This document shows positions 1-9,392 of a DNA stretch of 64,000 bases, piece after piece; the stretch's first letter is position 1; each line of letters starts with the position of its first letter. The position numbers and the translations under genes are program-made. This stretch comes from an uncultured Gammaproteobacteria bacterium. Lineage in GTDB: Bacteria > Pseudomonadota > Gammaproteobacteria > Steroidobacterales > Rariloculaceae. The notes under the pieces are model-generated. The model was not told where the DNA came from. It saw only the letters and a list, made by a program, of their open reading frames with translations, and did no database searches. The DNA lies in contig CAWFPH010000002.1 in the NCBI GenBank assembly GCA_963817615.1, positions 1,539,274 through 1,603,273 on the forward strand, written 5' to 3'.

Positions 1-172
1 CGGCGAGCTTGACCTCGCGTTGCTCGACTGCGTCAAGGTCGAGCTGCAGCCGCACGTGCTCCGGGATACAGAGGAACACCGACCCCGTATCGGCGAGTGC
101 GGGCACCTCGATCGGCGCGAGCGATGGGGCGCGCGGATTGGAGAGCTGCAGTTTCGCCGTCACGAGTCCCAT
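1..172 (-). CDS. retropepsin-like aspartic protease, N-terminal part (gene runs off the left edge)
   Basis: Not in the ORF track because no stop lies in the window. A reverse-strand ATG at 172-170 opens MGLVTAKLQLSNPRAPSLAPIEVPALADTGSVFLCIPEHVRLQLDLDAVEQREVKLA, which stays open to base 1. ADTGS is the clan-AA D-T/S-G active-site signature. Confidence 0.5.
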   Translation of the reverse strand, partial: MGLVTAKLQLSNPRAPSLAPIEVPALADTGSVFLCIPEHVRLQLDLDAVEQREVKLA

Positions 173-236
173 GCCTCGATTCTGCACGAGCCCGCAATGC
201 GGGACCGCGTGGATTTCAGCTCGGAGATACTCTTTT

Positions 237-893
237 TTAGTCGCTCGCCTGTGTCACGCGCTCGGCAAGCCGAGGCCACTCTTCGCTCGTCACGCGTGCG
301 ACCAGCGCAGTGCCGCCCTTACCGTCGGGACGGAAGATCATCGTCTCGCCGGCCTTGATGCCTTTGGCCTCCGTGGGGAACGCCGCCATCATGTTCGGGG
401 TGTGGGTGATGAGCACGGTGTTCGTGCCCGCGCGCGGTTCGCTCGCCACCGCCTGCCTCAGCCATGCCGCGCGCGCCTTGTCCTTGTCGGCCGCCATGCC
501 CTGCTCGCCCTCCGTCAGCTCCGCTACCGGTACGGGGTTTTGCAGGCGCGCGTACTTCGCCGTTTGCATCGCACGAAACGTTCGGCTCGATTCGACTTCG
601 CCGATCGGAATCTTCAACTTCTCGATGGCCTCGCCCATCGCAATCGACGCCTGTTTGCCGGCCTCGTCGAGCTGGCGCTCCAGATGCACGTTACTCGGGT
701 CTGCAGCGGACTCGGTCGGCTTCTCGAAGGGCGAGCTCGCATGATGCAGCACCAGCACGTAGCCGCCGTGACGCAGCGCGGCCACGAGCGCGGCGCCCGA
801 CAGCGGTTCCGCGGCGGCCGGCGCGGCCGCCACAGCCAGCATCGCGCCGAACAGCAGCCCTCTCGACCCAAGACATTCGATGCGCGTATTCAT
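237..893 (-). CDS. secreted histidine phosphatase family protein (PGM/SixA-like)
   Basis: 218-aa ORF with a signal-peptide-like N-terminus. GGYVLVLHHASSP and LITHTPNM match the two His motifs of this family. The first motif reads HHA rather than the usual RHA. Confidence 0.7.
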   Translation of the reverse strand: MNTRIECLGSRGLLFGAMLAVAAAPAAAEPLSGAALVAALRHGGYVLVLHHASSPFEKPTESAADPSNVHLERQLDEAGKQASIAMGEAIEKLKIPIGEVESSRTFRAMQTAKYARLQNPVPVAELTEGEQGMAADKDKARAAWLRQAVASEPRAGTNTVLITHTPNMMAAFPTEAKGIKAGETMIFRPDGKGGTALVARVTSEEWPRLAERVTQASD

Positions 894-950
894 GTTCGGA
901 TCCCTCGCCGTTGCCGGCGAAATCGCTTGCAGGTCGATCGATATTAGGGT

Positions 951-1388
951 CTACATGGATCGGTGCGCCAGCGCGTCTTTCGATCGCCCCGATTTGCCCC
1001 GCTTCGAGGTCTTCTTCGCTGCTTTCTTCGCCGTCTTCTTTGTCTGTTGCGCGCCCACGAAGTGCGCGGCTTGCTCGAGGAGGTTACGCAGCTCGGAATG
1101 ACCGACCTTCGCGAGCCGCACGAGGACGGTAGCGTAAGGTCGATAGTGAGACGTCATGTAATAAGTGTCAGCGCGCTTCTCGAGCAGGGCATCACGCGCG
1201 GGAAAGTCGATGCAGACCATCAGCGAGCTCGGCTCGGCGGAGGGGTTGATCGCGGTGCAAGCGACCAGCCGGCCCTTCAACTTGAGCGCGATGCCCCGGG
1301 CATTGGAGCTTGCTTTGACTCCGGGCAACGAGGCCCCGAGCTTCAGCACCGTATCAAAGTCGACCTTGTTTTGACGCGCCGATTTCAT
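951..1388 (-). CDS. MmcQ/YjbR-like small protein with Lys-rich C-terminal tail
   Basis: I chose the internal ATG at 1388 (MKSARQNKVDFDTV...). The pattern LPGV...G.A.K.KG.L.A......SL.V..DF..R.ALL......Y.T.HY..Y..VLVRL resembles the MmcQ/YjbR family from memory. The tail is KKTAKKAAKKTSKRGK. Confidence 0.55.
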   Translation of the reverse strand: MKSARQNKVDFDTVLKLGASLPGVKASSNARGIALKLKGRLVACTAINPSAEPSSLMVCIDFPARDALLEKRADTYYMTSHYRPYATVLVRLAKVGHSELRNLLEQAAHFVGAQQTKKTAKKAAKKTSKRGKSGRSKDALAHRSM

Positions 1389-1552
1389 GTGCAAGTGCCG
1401 CCCTCCACGCACCCAGCGTAACAATTGAGCGGTCGAACGTGTCAGCGATTTGGAGGTGACCCGCTTGGGTGGACGATTGTCGACCTTCCCGTGATGCGGG
1501 CGCTGTCGGCGCTTCTCGTCCCCCCTCGCGCGGCCGCGGCGTGCCTACCTGC

Positions 1553-2647
1553 TCACGGTGGCGGCGGGCGGCCGCCCACGGCCGTGAACACGCGGTGGTT
1601 GATTCGCCAGCCTTGCGCGGTTTTCACGTACTCGTCGTCGTAGCGGCCGATGACGTTGATCGAATGCTCGGAGCCTTGCTTTCTCGGCTTGAGGTCGACG
1701 ACGGCCACGTAGGCCTTGCCGGTCGCGCCGCCGCGACTGCGCTCGATCACGTGGTTGAAGATGAAGTGCCGGACGTAGGCCGGCCCGTGTGGTGCCGCAT
1801 TCGCCATGCTCGCGAGCGCCTCGCGCCCCTTGGCGAGCGGCCGCACGGCGGTGGTGAATTTCGCAGCGTGCGGCGCACAGCCGGCCGGCAGACCGGACGG
1901 AGCCGCGCCGCCGGTGTCGGGCAGCACGCAGGCGAACGTGCCGTCCGGCGTGAACTCGCTCGCGTATGCAGCGCCGTCGTCCGCGTCCATGTCGAGCTCG
2001 TAGGGCAGCCGGCGCACGAGTTGCTGGATCTCGAGGTGATCGCGCTCGCCGAGCATCCGTGTCTTCGAAGACGTGCCGTGAGCTCCTTCGCGCAGCGCAT
2101 GCACGGCAGCCACGGGTGCAGGCAGCGGCCTGTTCGGCTCGCCCCATTTGCCCTCGTAGAAGGTCCGTTTCTTGAAGCGCCAGCCGTCGGGCGTCTTCAC
2201 GTAGACGTCGTCATAGAAGCCGCCGTGACCCGCGCCCGGCGACGTGCCCGGCGCGCCCTGATCGAATATCGCCGTGTACACGCGGCCGGCGGCACCCTCG
2301 GCCGTCGGCGTCACGATGACGTTCGTCACGAGATGGCTGACGTGCAGCGGACCCTGTTGCGGGCCGCGCGCGAGCGCGGCGAGGGTCTCGCGGCCTTCGT
2401 AGGTGCGGCCGTTCGGTCCCTGATTCGTGCCGGTGAACGTGCCGTCGGCGGCATACAGATCGGCGTACGCGAAGCCGTTGCTCTCGCCGCTGTCGAGCGC
2501 CCAACCGTACTTGTAGACCAGTTGCTCGATCTCGAGGTAGTCGCTCGCAGTCAGCGCCGGGCCGGTGGCCGCGGGCGCGGTTTGCGCATGGCCCGTCGCC
2601 GCGCCGAGGCTCGACAGCAGCACGAGCGTGAGTCGTAATCGTTGCAT
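1553..2647 (-). CDS. secreted protein with two tandem SnoaL-like (NTF2-fold) domains
   Basis: Start ATG at 2647 (MQRLRLTLVLLSSLGAATGHAQ, a signal peptide). Two internal repeats share D(Y/H)LEI.QLV ... Y(D/E)D.YVKT..GWR. Both are homologous to the adjacent gene at 2662-3210. Confidence 0.8.
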   Translation of the reverse strand: MQRLRLTLVLLSSLGAATGHAQTAPAATGPALTASDYLEIEQLVYKYGWALDSGESNGFAYADLYAADGTFTGTNQGPNGRTYEGRETLAALARGPQQGPLHVSHLVTNVIVTPTAEGAAGRVYTAIFDQGAPGTSPGAGHGGFYDDVYVKTPDGWRFKKRTFYEGKWGEPNRPLPAPVAAVHALREGAHGTSSKTRMLGERDHLEIQQLVRRLPYELDMDADDGAAYASEFTPDGTFACVLPDTGGAAPSGLPAGCAPHAAKFTTAVRPLAKGREALASMANAAPHGPAYVRHFIFNHVIERSRGGATGKAYVAVVDLKPRKQGSEHSINVIGRYDDEYVKTAQGWRINHRVFTAVGGRPPPP

Positions 2648-2661
2648 GGCATCCCCCTCTT

Positions 2662-3210
2662 TCAGCGCGTGACCGCAGGTTGCGGCGGCAGCGTTTCGGG
2701 CGTGCCGTCCGACGGCACGAACCGGCGTGTCTTGAAGCGCCAGCCGTCCGCCGTCTTCACGTACGTGTCTTCGTAATGGCCGCCGCCCCACACCACGTTC
2801 GGCTTATCGCCATCGCCGTACTGGAGGTGCAGCAAGTACTCCCGGCCCTTCGCGCCGTCTTCGGTGGGCTCGATGACATGGTTGGTGATGAAGTGCCAGA
2901 CGGTCTGCGGGCCCCGCGAGGTCTGCTTCGCGAGCTTGGCCAGGTTGTCCCGCCCGGTCGTTTGGCCGAAGTTCGCGCCCGGAGCGAAGAGATCGGCGTA
3001 CGCGTAGCCGTCGTCGGCGCCTTGATCGACGGCGTGCGCATAACGCGCCGCGAGTTGGCGGATCTCGATGTAGTCGAGGGGCGTCAGCTTCGTGAGCGCG
3101 GCGGCCTTCTGGCTCGCACCACTTTGAGCTTCGGCGACGGTGGAGGCGAGCACGCCGGCGCACAGCGCGAGCGTAAGGGACAGGGCGGCGAACGGCGTAG
3201 CGCGACTCAT
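2662..3210 (-). CDS. secreted SnoaL-like (NTF2-fold) domain protein
   Basis: 182-aa ORF with a signal peptide (ALCAGVLASTVAEAQ). DYIEIRQLAARYAHAVD ... HYEDTYVKTADGWRFKTRRF is paralogous to both domains of 1553-2647. Confidence 0.8.
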   Translation of the reverse strand: MSRATPFAALSLTLALCAGVLASTVAEAQSGASQKAAALTKLTPLDYIEIRQLAARYAHAVDQGADDGYAYADLFAPGANFGQTTGRDNLAKLAKQTSRGPQTVWHFITNHVIEPTEDGAKGREYLLHLQYGDGDKPNVVWGGGHYEDTYVKTADGWRFKTRRFVPSDGTPETLPPQPAVTR

Positions 3211-3431
3211 GGCGATCCTCCCGAAAGGCGGGGAGTCTACAACGGAGCGGCTGCGAAAAATGCCCGAAAATTTCGTTGCCGGCTCGACATCGCCCAGCCA
3301 ATGGATGGTTGGCGCCGGCTCCGTCGATGCGGACCGGAACGGCCGCGATTTCCGGCGCTTGCGCGAAATTCGATCTTGACTCGCCGAAAGCGACGGGCGT
3401 TAGACTCGGCTCATCCGATTCGCATCCGAAC

Positions 3432-3986
3432 ATGTCCGCGAAGCCGCTCAAGACCGGGGCCACTTACGAGGATCTTTGCGAGGTCCCCGACCACTACGTC
3501 GCCGAAATGTTCGACGGCGACCTCTATGGGTCGCCGCGGCCCGCGTTGCCGCAGGCGCATGCGTCTTCGGTGCTCGGCCACCAGCTCGGCGGATCGTTTC
3601 ACCACAGCGGCGCCGGCGGCTGGGTGATTCTGGACGAGCCGGAGCTGCACTTCGGCAGGGACGTGCTGGTACCCGATCTCGCCGGATGGCGGCGCGAGCG
3701 ATTGCCGAAGCTGCCGGCACAGGCGTACATGACGCTCGCTCCGGATTGGATCTGCGAAGTGCTGTCGCCCTCGACCGAGGCGATCGACCGCACGAAAAAG
3801 CTCCGCATTTACGCGCGTGAGGGTGTCGCGCACGCGTGGCTGTTGGAACCGCTGATGCAGACCCTCGAGGTGCTGTCGCTCGACGCGGGGAAGTGGGCTT
3901 CGCTCGCGACCCACGAAGGTCCCGGCAACGTTCGCGCGGTGCCGTTCGATGCGATCGAGCTCGCGCTCGGTGCGTTGTGGGCCTGA
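3432..3986 (+). CDS. Uma2 family (DUF820) PD-(D/E)xK endonuclease
   Basis: Start at the internal ATG 3432. The signature is YEDL...P.....E...G.L..SP.P...H ... VPDLAGW ... PDWICEVLSPST...D...K...YA..GV...WL..P, typical of the Uma2 family. Confidence 0.8.
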   Translation: MSAKPLKTGATYEDLCEVPDHYVAEMFDGDLYGSPRPALPQAHASSVLGHQLGGSFHHSGAGGWVILDEPELHFGRDVLVPDLAGWRRERLPKLPAQAYMTLAPDWICEVLSPSTEAIDRTKKLRIYAREGVAHAWLLEPLMQTLEVLSLDAGKWASLATHEGPGNVRAVPFDAIELALGALWA

Positions 3987-4109
3987 GTGGCCCGCGCCAT
4001 CGAATGCTGCAGCGCCTCGAGGTTGCGCGACGCGAGCGAGCGGCGCTGCAGACGTCCGCACTTTTCGCTTGACCCGGACCTTGGGTCATACCCTACGCTT
4101 GCGCGCGCA

Positions 4110-5192
4110 ATGGCGAAGCCCGGGAAATCGGTGTCGATGGGGGCGGCGGAGTGCGCGCGCCGCACCGGACTCACCGTGCGCGCGTTGCGGGTCTACGAGC
4201 GCCACGGATTGATCGACCCGCAGCGAACGGCTAAGGGGTGGCGATGTTACGGCCCGAAAGAGCTGCAGCAGCTGACCGTCATCGTGACGCTCAAGGCGTT
4301 GGGGATGACGTTGACGCAGATTCACGCGCTCCTCGAGACGAAGCGTCCGCCCCTCGCACGCGCGCTCGAGATGCAGCTACGGGCCTGCATTGCGAAAAGA
4401 GACGCGGCGGAAAGATCTCTTGCGCTCGTCAGAGCCGCCCTGGCCACGATCGGATCCGGAAAGACCCTGTCGCTCGAGGCCCTTTGCGATCTCACGAGGA
4501 GCATGGAAATGGGCACGGCGACGGACACGCATCATCTATTCGCTACCGTTCGCGGGCTGATCAACGAAAAGCTCACGCCGCAGGAAGAGCGGGCCCACAT
4601 GAACTGGCTGTCATCGCGGCCTGCGGAAGAGTTGCAGGCCGCGCAGGAGAGCAGGCCGGCGATCCGCGCAGCACTTCGCTCTCTTCAGGATCTCAAGAAC
4701 ACGAACGTCGATCCGGCCGCTCCCGAAGTTCAAGCGCTGATCGTTCAGTTGAAAGACGTGAGCGGGCGCTATGGTCTGCTGAAAATGCAGAACGCCAGGT
4801 TCGAGTGGAATCCATCGATAGGGCACAAGCTCTGGGAAGTTCAAGCGCGTAGCTACTGGGTCGGAATGGACGACGACTTCGCGGCTTACCTGCGCGCCGC
4901 GCATGCCGCTGCACCGTGGTCCAAGGCACTCACGCCGCTGGTCGATGAGGCCACGACGCTCGTGCAGCAGAACGTGGAACCGGCCTCGCCGCCCGCGCAG
5001 GCGCTCGCCACACGCCTGGCGCTCCTTTGCTCGGATCATTCACTCGGAGACGCGCTGAGCTACGCCCGCTGGGCCCCCTACAGCCCGTTCAACAGGTCCG
5101 CGGACGAGCAGCAGAACGCCGCACGGACGAGCGCTTGGTCGTTTCTCGCAAGCGCCCTCGAGCAACGCGTGGCCCCTCGACTTCACCGTTAG
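4110..5192 (+). CDS. MerR family transcriptional regulator with long TipAS-like C-terminal domain
   Basis: Start ATG at 4110. The N-terminal MerR HTH is SMGAAECARRTGLTVRALRVYERHGLIDPQRTAKGWRCYGPKELQQLTVIVTLKALGMTLTQI. It is followed by about 250 aa of helical effector-type domain. Confidence 0.8.
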   Translation: MAKPGKSVSMGAAECARRTGLTVRALRVYERHGLIDPQRTAKGWRCYGPKELQQLTVIVTLKALGMTLTQIHALLETKRPPLARALEMQLRACIAKRDAAERSLALVRAALATIGSGKTLSLEALCDLTRSMEMGTATDTHHLFATVRGLINEKLTPQEERAHMNWLSSRPAEELQAAQESRPAIRAALRSLQDLKNTNVDPAAPEVQALIVQLKDVSGRYGLLKMQNARFEWNPSIGHKLWEVQARSYWVGMDDDFAAYLRAAHAAAPWSKALTPLVDEATTLVQQNVEPASPPAQALATRLALLCSDHSLGDALSYARWAPYSPFNRSADEQQNAARTSAWSFLASALEQRVAPRLHR

Positions 5193-5206
5193 CTAGGAGA
5201 GACAGG

Positions 5207-5650
5207 ATGGATTGCGCAGCGGCGATCGCGGAGTTGCTCTCTCGTCACGGGTTCCGCCGCGTCATGATGTCCGGGACCCCGGTTGGACACTTGAAGCTGG
5301 TCGCACACTTCGACGGCCGGCCGATCGACACCGTGCTCGACACCGGGGCGTCGAAGACCTTCGTCGAGCTGACCTATTGCCGTTCCGAAGGGATTGCCGT
5401 GACCGACACGGGGCAGCCCGGGCACGGCGGCAACGTCTACACGCTGGGCGATGCTCGGTTGACGCTCGACGGGCTGCCCGTCCGCACCGATGGCATATTC
5501 GCGATCGACATGAGCAGCACCAACCAAAGGCTGACGATGAGGGGCGTCGACCCCATCCGCGCCGTCATCGGGCAGGACGTCCTGCGCAACCATGAGGCGG
5601 TGATCGACTATGCGACGTTCGCCCTTTTCCTCAAAGAGGGACCGCCCTGA
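5207..5650 (+). CDS. retropepsin-like aspartic protease
   Basis: ATG at 5207 is preceded by TAGGAGAG. DTVLDTGASKTFV carries the D-T-G-A aspartic-protease signature. The product is 147 aa and lies 14 nt after the MerR stop. Confidence 0.7.
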   Translation: MDCAAAIAELLSRHGFRRVMMSGTPVGHLKLVAHFDGRPIDTVLDTGASKTFVELTYCRSEGIAVTDTGQPGHGGNVYTLGDARLTLDGLPVRTDGIFAIDMSSTNQRLTMRGVDPIRAVIGQDVLRNHEAVIDYATFALFLKEGPP

Positions 5651-5831
5651 CGCGTTGCGCGCTTGGTCGGATCGTCGTGGATGCCTATCCGTCGAGGTGG
5701 TCCCGCGTCTACGACCTGTTGAACCCGGACAAGGTCCGCAACGTGACGCTCGCGAAAGAGTCCCGATAGGGCTGTCACAGGGACCGTGCGCCGTTCGTCT
5801 AGTGGACGAACGCAACCACAAGGAGGACACC

Positions 5832-6311
5832 ATGAAATCCCGAATAGATACGACCCGTATTTCGCCTCAGGTTCTACAGGCGCTGCTCGGCCTGAACGCG
5901 CCGCTCAAGTCGTCCGGCCTCGAGCCCGCGCTGCTCGAGCTCGTGAAGATGCGTGCATCGCAGATCAACGGCTGCGCCTGGTGCCTCGACATGCACAGCA
6001 AGGACGCGCGTGCGGCCGGCGAGACCGAGCAGCGGCTGTATCTGCTCGATGCGTGGCGCGAAACCGCGCTCTACAGCGAGCGCGAGCGCGCGGCGCTCGC
6101 GTGGACCGAAGCCGTGACGCTCGTCACCGACGGGCACGTGCCCGACGAAGTGTACGCCGAGGTGAGCAGCCACTTCGACGAGCAGGAGCTCGTCGCGCTC
6201 ACGCTGGCCGTGGTCGCAATCAACGGCTGGAACCGGTTCAACATCGCGTTCCACGTCGAGGGCGGCCACTACCGGCCCGGTATGCTCAAGGAGATGCTGA
6301 AGAGGGCCTAG
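5832..6311 (+). CDS. carboxymuconolactone decarboxylase family / AhpD-like protein
   Basis: ATG at 5832 follows AGGAGGACACC. The AhpD-core motif ASQINGCAWCLDMH (CxxC-x2-H) is present. Confidence 0.85.
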   Translation: MKSRIDTTRISPQVLQALLGLNAPLKSSGLEPALLELVKMRASQINGCAWCLDMHSKDARAAGETEQRLYLLDAWRETALYSERERAALAWTEAVTLVTDGHVPDEVYAEVSSHFDEQELVALTLAVVAINGWNRFNIAFHVEGGHYRPGMLKEMLKRA

Positions 6312-6425
6312 CCGCGTCGCCGCCCGTGCGCGACGTGTTGCACGACGACCGCGCGCGGCTCGTCGCGGACGTAAAGTCGCTTCTGATGTTCGTCGACAGC
6401 GACCAATAACGAGGAGGCAACGGTC

Positions 6426-7343
6426 ATGAAAGCGATCGTGGTGACGGACCAGGCTGCGGGGACGGCCGGGATGAAGCTGGTGGAGCGGCCCGAGCCGCAC
6501 GCAGCGATCAACGACGTCGTCGTTCAGGTCCATGCGTCGGGATTCGTCCCGACCGAGCTGGCGTGGCCCTCGACCTGGACCGACCGCCTCGGCCGTGACC
6601 GAACGCCGTCGATCCCCGGTCACGAGCTGGCCGGAGTGGTCACCGCCCTCGGCTATGGCACGACGGGGCTGTCGTTGGGACAGCGGGTATTCGGTCTCAC
6701 GGATTGGTATCGCGACGGCACGCTGGCGGAGTACGCGGCCGTCGAGGCGCGCAACCTCGCGCCGCTGCCGGGCGACATCGACTTCACGGTGGGCGCGAGC
6801 CTGCCGATCTCGGGCCTGACGGCGTGGCAGGGACTATTCGAGCACGGCCGCCTTCGGGCGGGGCAGAGCGTCCTCGTGCACGGCGCGGCCGGCGCAGTCG
6901 GGTCCACGGTGACGCAGCTCGCACGCGAGGTCGGTGGCTACGTCATCGGCGCCGGACGCCGAGCCGACCGTCAGAGGGTGCTCGACTTCGGCGCGAACGA
7001 GTTCCTCGACCTCGAAAACGACGGCCTGGAAGACGTCGGCGAAGTCGATCTGGTGTTCGATGTCATCGGCGGCGACATCGGGAAGCGGTCCGCCGGGCGG
7101 ATTCGAGCCGGAGGAACACTGGTGTCCATCGTCGGGCCGCCCGAGGTGCGGCCCAACGACGGCCTGGCGGTCGACTTCGTTGTCGAATCGGATCGTGCCC
7201 AACTGAACGAGATCGTCCGGCGCGTGCGGGACGGACGACTGCGGACGAACATCGGCCACGTCTCGACCGTCGACGATGCCGTCGCAGCGTTCAACGCGAC
7301 CGAGCGACGCACGGGGAAGACGATGATCCGCGTTCGTCCGTGA
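6426..7343 (+). CDS. NAD(P)H-dependent oxidoreductase, medium-chain (zinc-type/quinone oxidoreductase) dehydrogenase family
   Basis: ATG follows GAGGAGG. PGHELAGVV is present, and the Rossmann motif VHGAAGAVGSTVTQLA. Length is 305 aa. Confidence 0.85.
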   Translation: MKAIVVTDQAAGTAGMKLVERPEPHAAINDVVVQVHASGFVPTELAWPSTWTDRLGRDRTPSIPGHELAGVVTALGYGTTGLSLGQRVFGLTDWYRDGTLAEYAAVEARNLAPLPGDIDFTVGASLPISGLTAWQGLFEHGRLRAGQSVLVHGAAGAVGSTVTQLAREVGGYVIGAGRRADRQRVLDFGANEFLDLENDGLEDVGEVDLVFDVIGGDIGKRSAGRIRAGGTLVSIVGPPEVRPNDGLAVDFVVESDRAQLNEIVRRVRDGRLRTNIGHVSTVDDAVAAFNATERRTGKTMIRVRP

Positions 7344-7366
7344 CTCGGCGGCGGTTCCTCATCGCG

Positions 7367-7429
7367 AACCGCGTCCGCGCAGTGCCGTTCGACGCAATCG
7401 AGCTCGACCTCGCCGCGCTCTGGATTTGA
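7367..7429 (+). pseudogene. C-terminal remnant of a Uma2 family endonuclease gene
   Basis: It encodes ...NRVRAVPFDAIELDLAALWI*, which matches the last residues of the intact Uma2 gene (…NVRAVPFDAIELALGALWA* at 3930-3986). It has no upstream body and begins 24 nt after the oxidoreductase stop. Confidence 0.6.
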
Positions 7430-7635
7430 CGACGGCCGTCGACCGCGCGCCGCCCGCTGCGCCTGTTTGACACCGACGCGCCGGCCCCTCGATACTTCCT
7501 GCAGCGCGCTCACAGGGCGCCACCGACCCGCGGCAAGGGAATACTCCCACCTGTTTCGATCCGAGTCGTGTGCGTTTGCACCTTCTTTCAGCCTGGTCTC
7601 AGCGGGGTACGGGCGATCGATGAAAGGAGGTCGCA

Positions 7636-9303
7636 ATGACCGCTTCAGAGTCTCTACCGGGCCGCCCGTCCCTCGAGTCCCTCCGTAAGCAAGCGAAGAA
7701 GCTCGCGCGCGACGTCGCCGCCGGCGACGCAGCCGCGCTCGCGCGGGCGCGCGCGCACCTGCCGGGCGTTGCGCCGCCGCTCACGCAGCGCCACGCGCAG
7801 CTCGTGATCGCTCGCGAGTACGGCTATCCGGGCTGGCAAGACCTCACCGCCGAGGTGAGCAAGCGTCTCGGCGGCGGCTTGGAGTGGGCCGCGGCGCAAG
7901 CGAAACGTCTGATTCACGACAACGACGTCGAACGCCTTCGCGCGCTGTTGGCCGACTATCCGGAGCTTCTCTCCTGGCAAGGCAGCGACGCTGGCAGTCG
8001 GGGCGGTTTGCTCGGAATCGCGACCGGCTCGTACGGCGACAGCTTCGACCCGAACGCCGAGCAGCACTTCACCCGTGCGGCGTGCGCGGAGCTTTTGATC
8101 GACGCCGGCGCGGTCGTGCCGCCGTCGGTGTGCGAAGGGCTGCTCCGTTCGCACGCCAAGGGGCTGCTCGAGCTGTTCCGGCGGAAAGGCCTGCTGCCGC
8201 GCACGCTCGCGTTTCTAGCGGCGCTCGGTAACGTCGACGCGGTTCGCGCGGCGCTCGCCGAGACCGAGAGCGAACAAGGCTCGGCCGCCGTCGAGGAGGC
8301 GTTCGAGGTGGCCTGCGGCTTCAAGCACGAGACTGTCGCCGCGCTCTTGCTCGAGCGAGCCATCGCGCTCGATCCCGGGCTCGGCGCAAACGTCGATGAG
8401 CGCGTGGGCCGCGCGCCCTTCGTGCAGTACTTCATCGACAACCGACCCGAGCGGGCGAGCGACGTCGGCTTGTGGACGGCGTTCGTCATGGAGCAAGCCA
8501 GCCGGGCGATCTCGTCGTATAGCGGTCACGAGACCTCGGTCGAGTCGCCGAGCGGCGCCGGCGACCTCGACACGTTCGTTCGCCTCTTGCAGCGCGAGCG
8601 GTGGTTGCTGGGCGACAACTTCGTGAGCTTTCAGACGCGGCTCATCGAAAGGGCGACTCTGAAGGGTCGCGCGGAATTCATCGCGGCGTTGCTCGAGCTC
8701 GATCCCGCGATCTTGCGGCGGCGGCCGCCGCCCGCATCGCAGGCCGTGGAGCTCGCGTTCACTTACGCCAACACCCACCTCGTTCCGCTGCTCACTCGCA
8801 TCTGGCCGCTGCCCGACGATCTGCCGCATGCCGCCGGCGTGGGCGACCTCGCGCGGGTGAAGCGGTGGTTCGACGAGAGCGGCGCCCCCGCGCTCGGCAG
8901 CGTCGCGAATCACTACCCCTCGAGCCCGTACATGCCGAAGGGGCGCGTGGAGGAGTACTCGCGCCAGTGGGGCGCGCACGGCGTGCAACGGGTTCTCGAT
9001 GCCGCATTCGCCTGGTCCGTGATCAACAGCCACTTCGACGTGGCGGACTTTCTGCTCGAGCACGGTGCGAACATCAACACCACCTGGAGCTCTCACGAGC
9101 CTGCCAGCGTCCTGCACGAGCTCGTGTTTCATGCGAACTACGAGGCGATGCAGTTCCTCATCGACCGCGGCATCGACATGACGATCAAGGACCATCGCTG
9201 GAACGGCACGGCGCAAGGTTGGGCGCGCCACGCGGCGAGGGACGAGAAGATGGCGCGATGGTTGGCGGAGGCGCAGCAGCGGCGCGAGCAGGGCTCGCGA
9301 TGA
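7636..9303 (+). CDS. hypothetical helical-repeat (ankyrin-like) protein
   Basis: ATG follows GAAAGGAGG. The N-terminal motif SLESLRKQAKKLARDVAAGDAAALARARAHLP...AQLVIAREYGYPGWQDL recurs in proteins annotated as ankyrin-repeat-containing. The C-terminal ANYEAMQFLIDRGIDMTIKD is ankyrin-like. Confidence 0.7.
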   Translation: MTASESLPGRPSLESLRKQAKKLARDVAAGDAAALARARAHLPGVAPPLTQRHAQLVIAREYGYPGWQDLTAEVSKRLGGGLEWAAAQAKRLIHDNDVERLRALLADYPELLSWQGSDAGSRGGLLGIATGSYGDSFDPNAEQHFTRAACAELLIDAGAVVPPSVCEGLLRSHAKGLLELFRRKGLLPRTLAFLAALGNVDAVRAALAETESEQGSAAVEEAFEVACGFKHETVAALLLERAIALDPGLGANVDERVGRAPFVQYFIDNRPERASDVGLWTAFVMEQASRAISSYSGHETSVESPSGAGDLDTFVRLLQRERWLLGDNFVSFQTRLIERATLKGRAEFIAALLELDPAILRRRPPPASQAVELAFTYANTHLVPLLTRIWPLPDDLPHAAGVGDLARVKRWFDESGAPALGSVANHYPSSPYMPKGRVEEYSRQWGAHGVQRVLDAAFAWSVINSHFDVADFLLEHGANINTTWSSHEPASVLHELVFHANYEAMQFLIDRGIDMTIKDHRWNGTAQGWARHAARDEKMARWLAEAQQRREQGSR

Positions 9304-9392
9304 CGGCGTGCGCGCGGACCTGGCCGTCGCCCACGCGGACCGGCGGCGCCAAAGCTCGGATGTCGCGCGCGCCGTAAGCTAGCATCGGTGCC

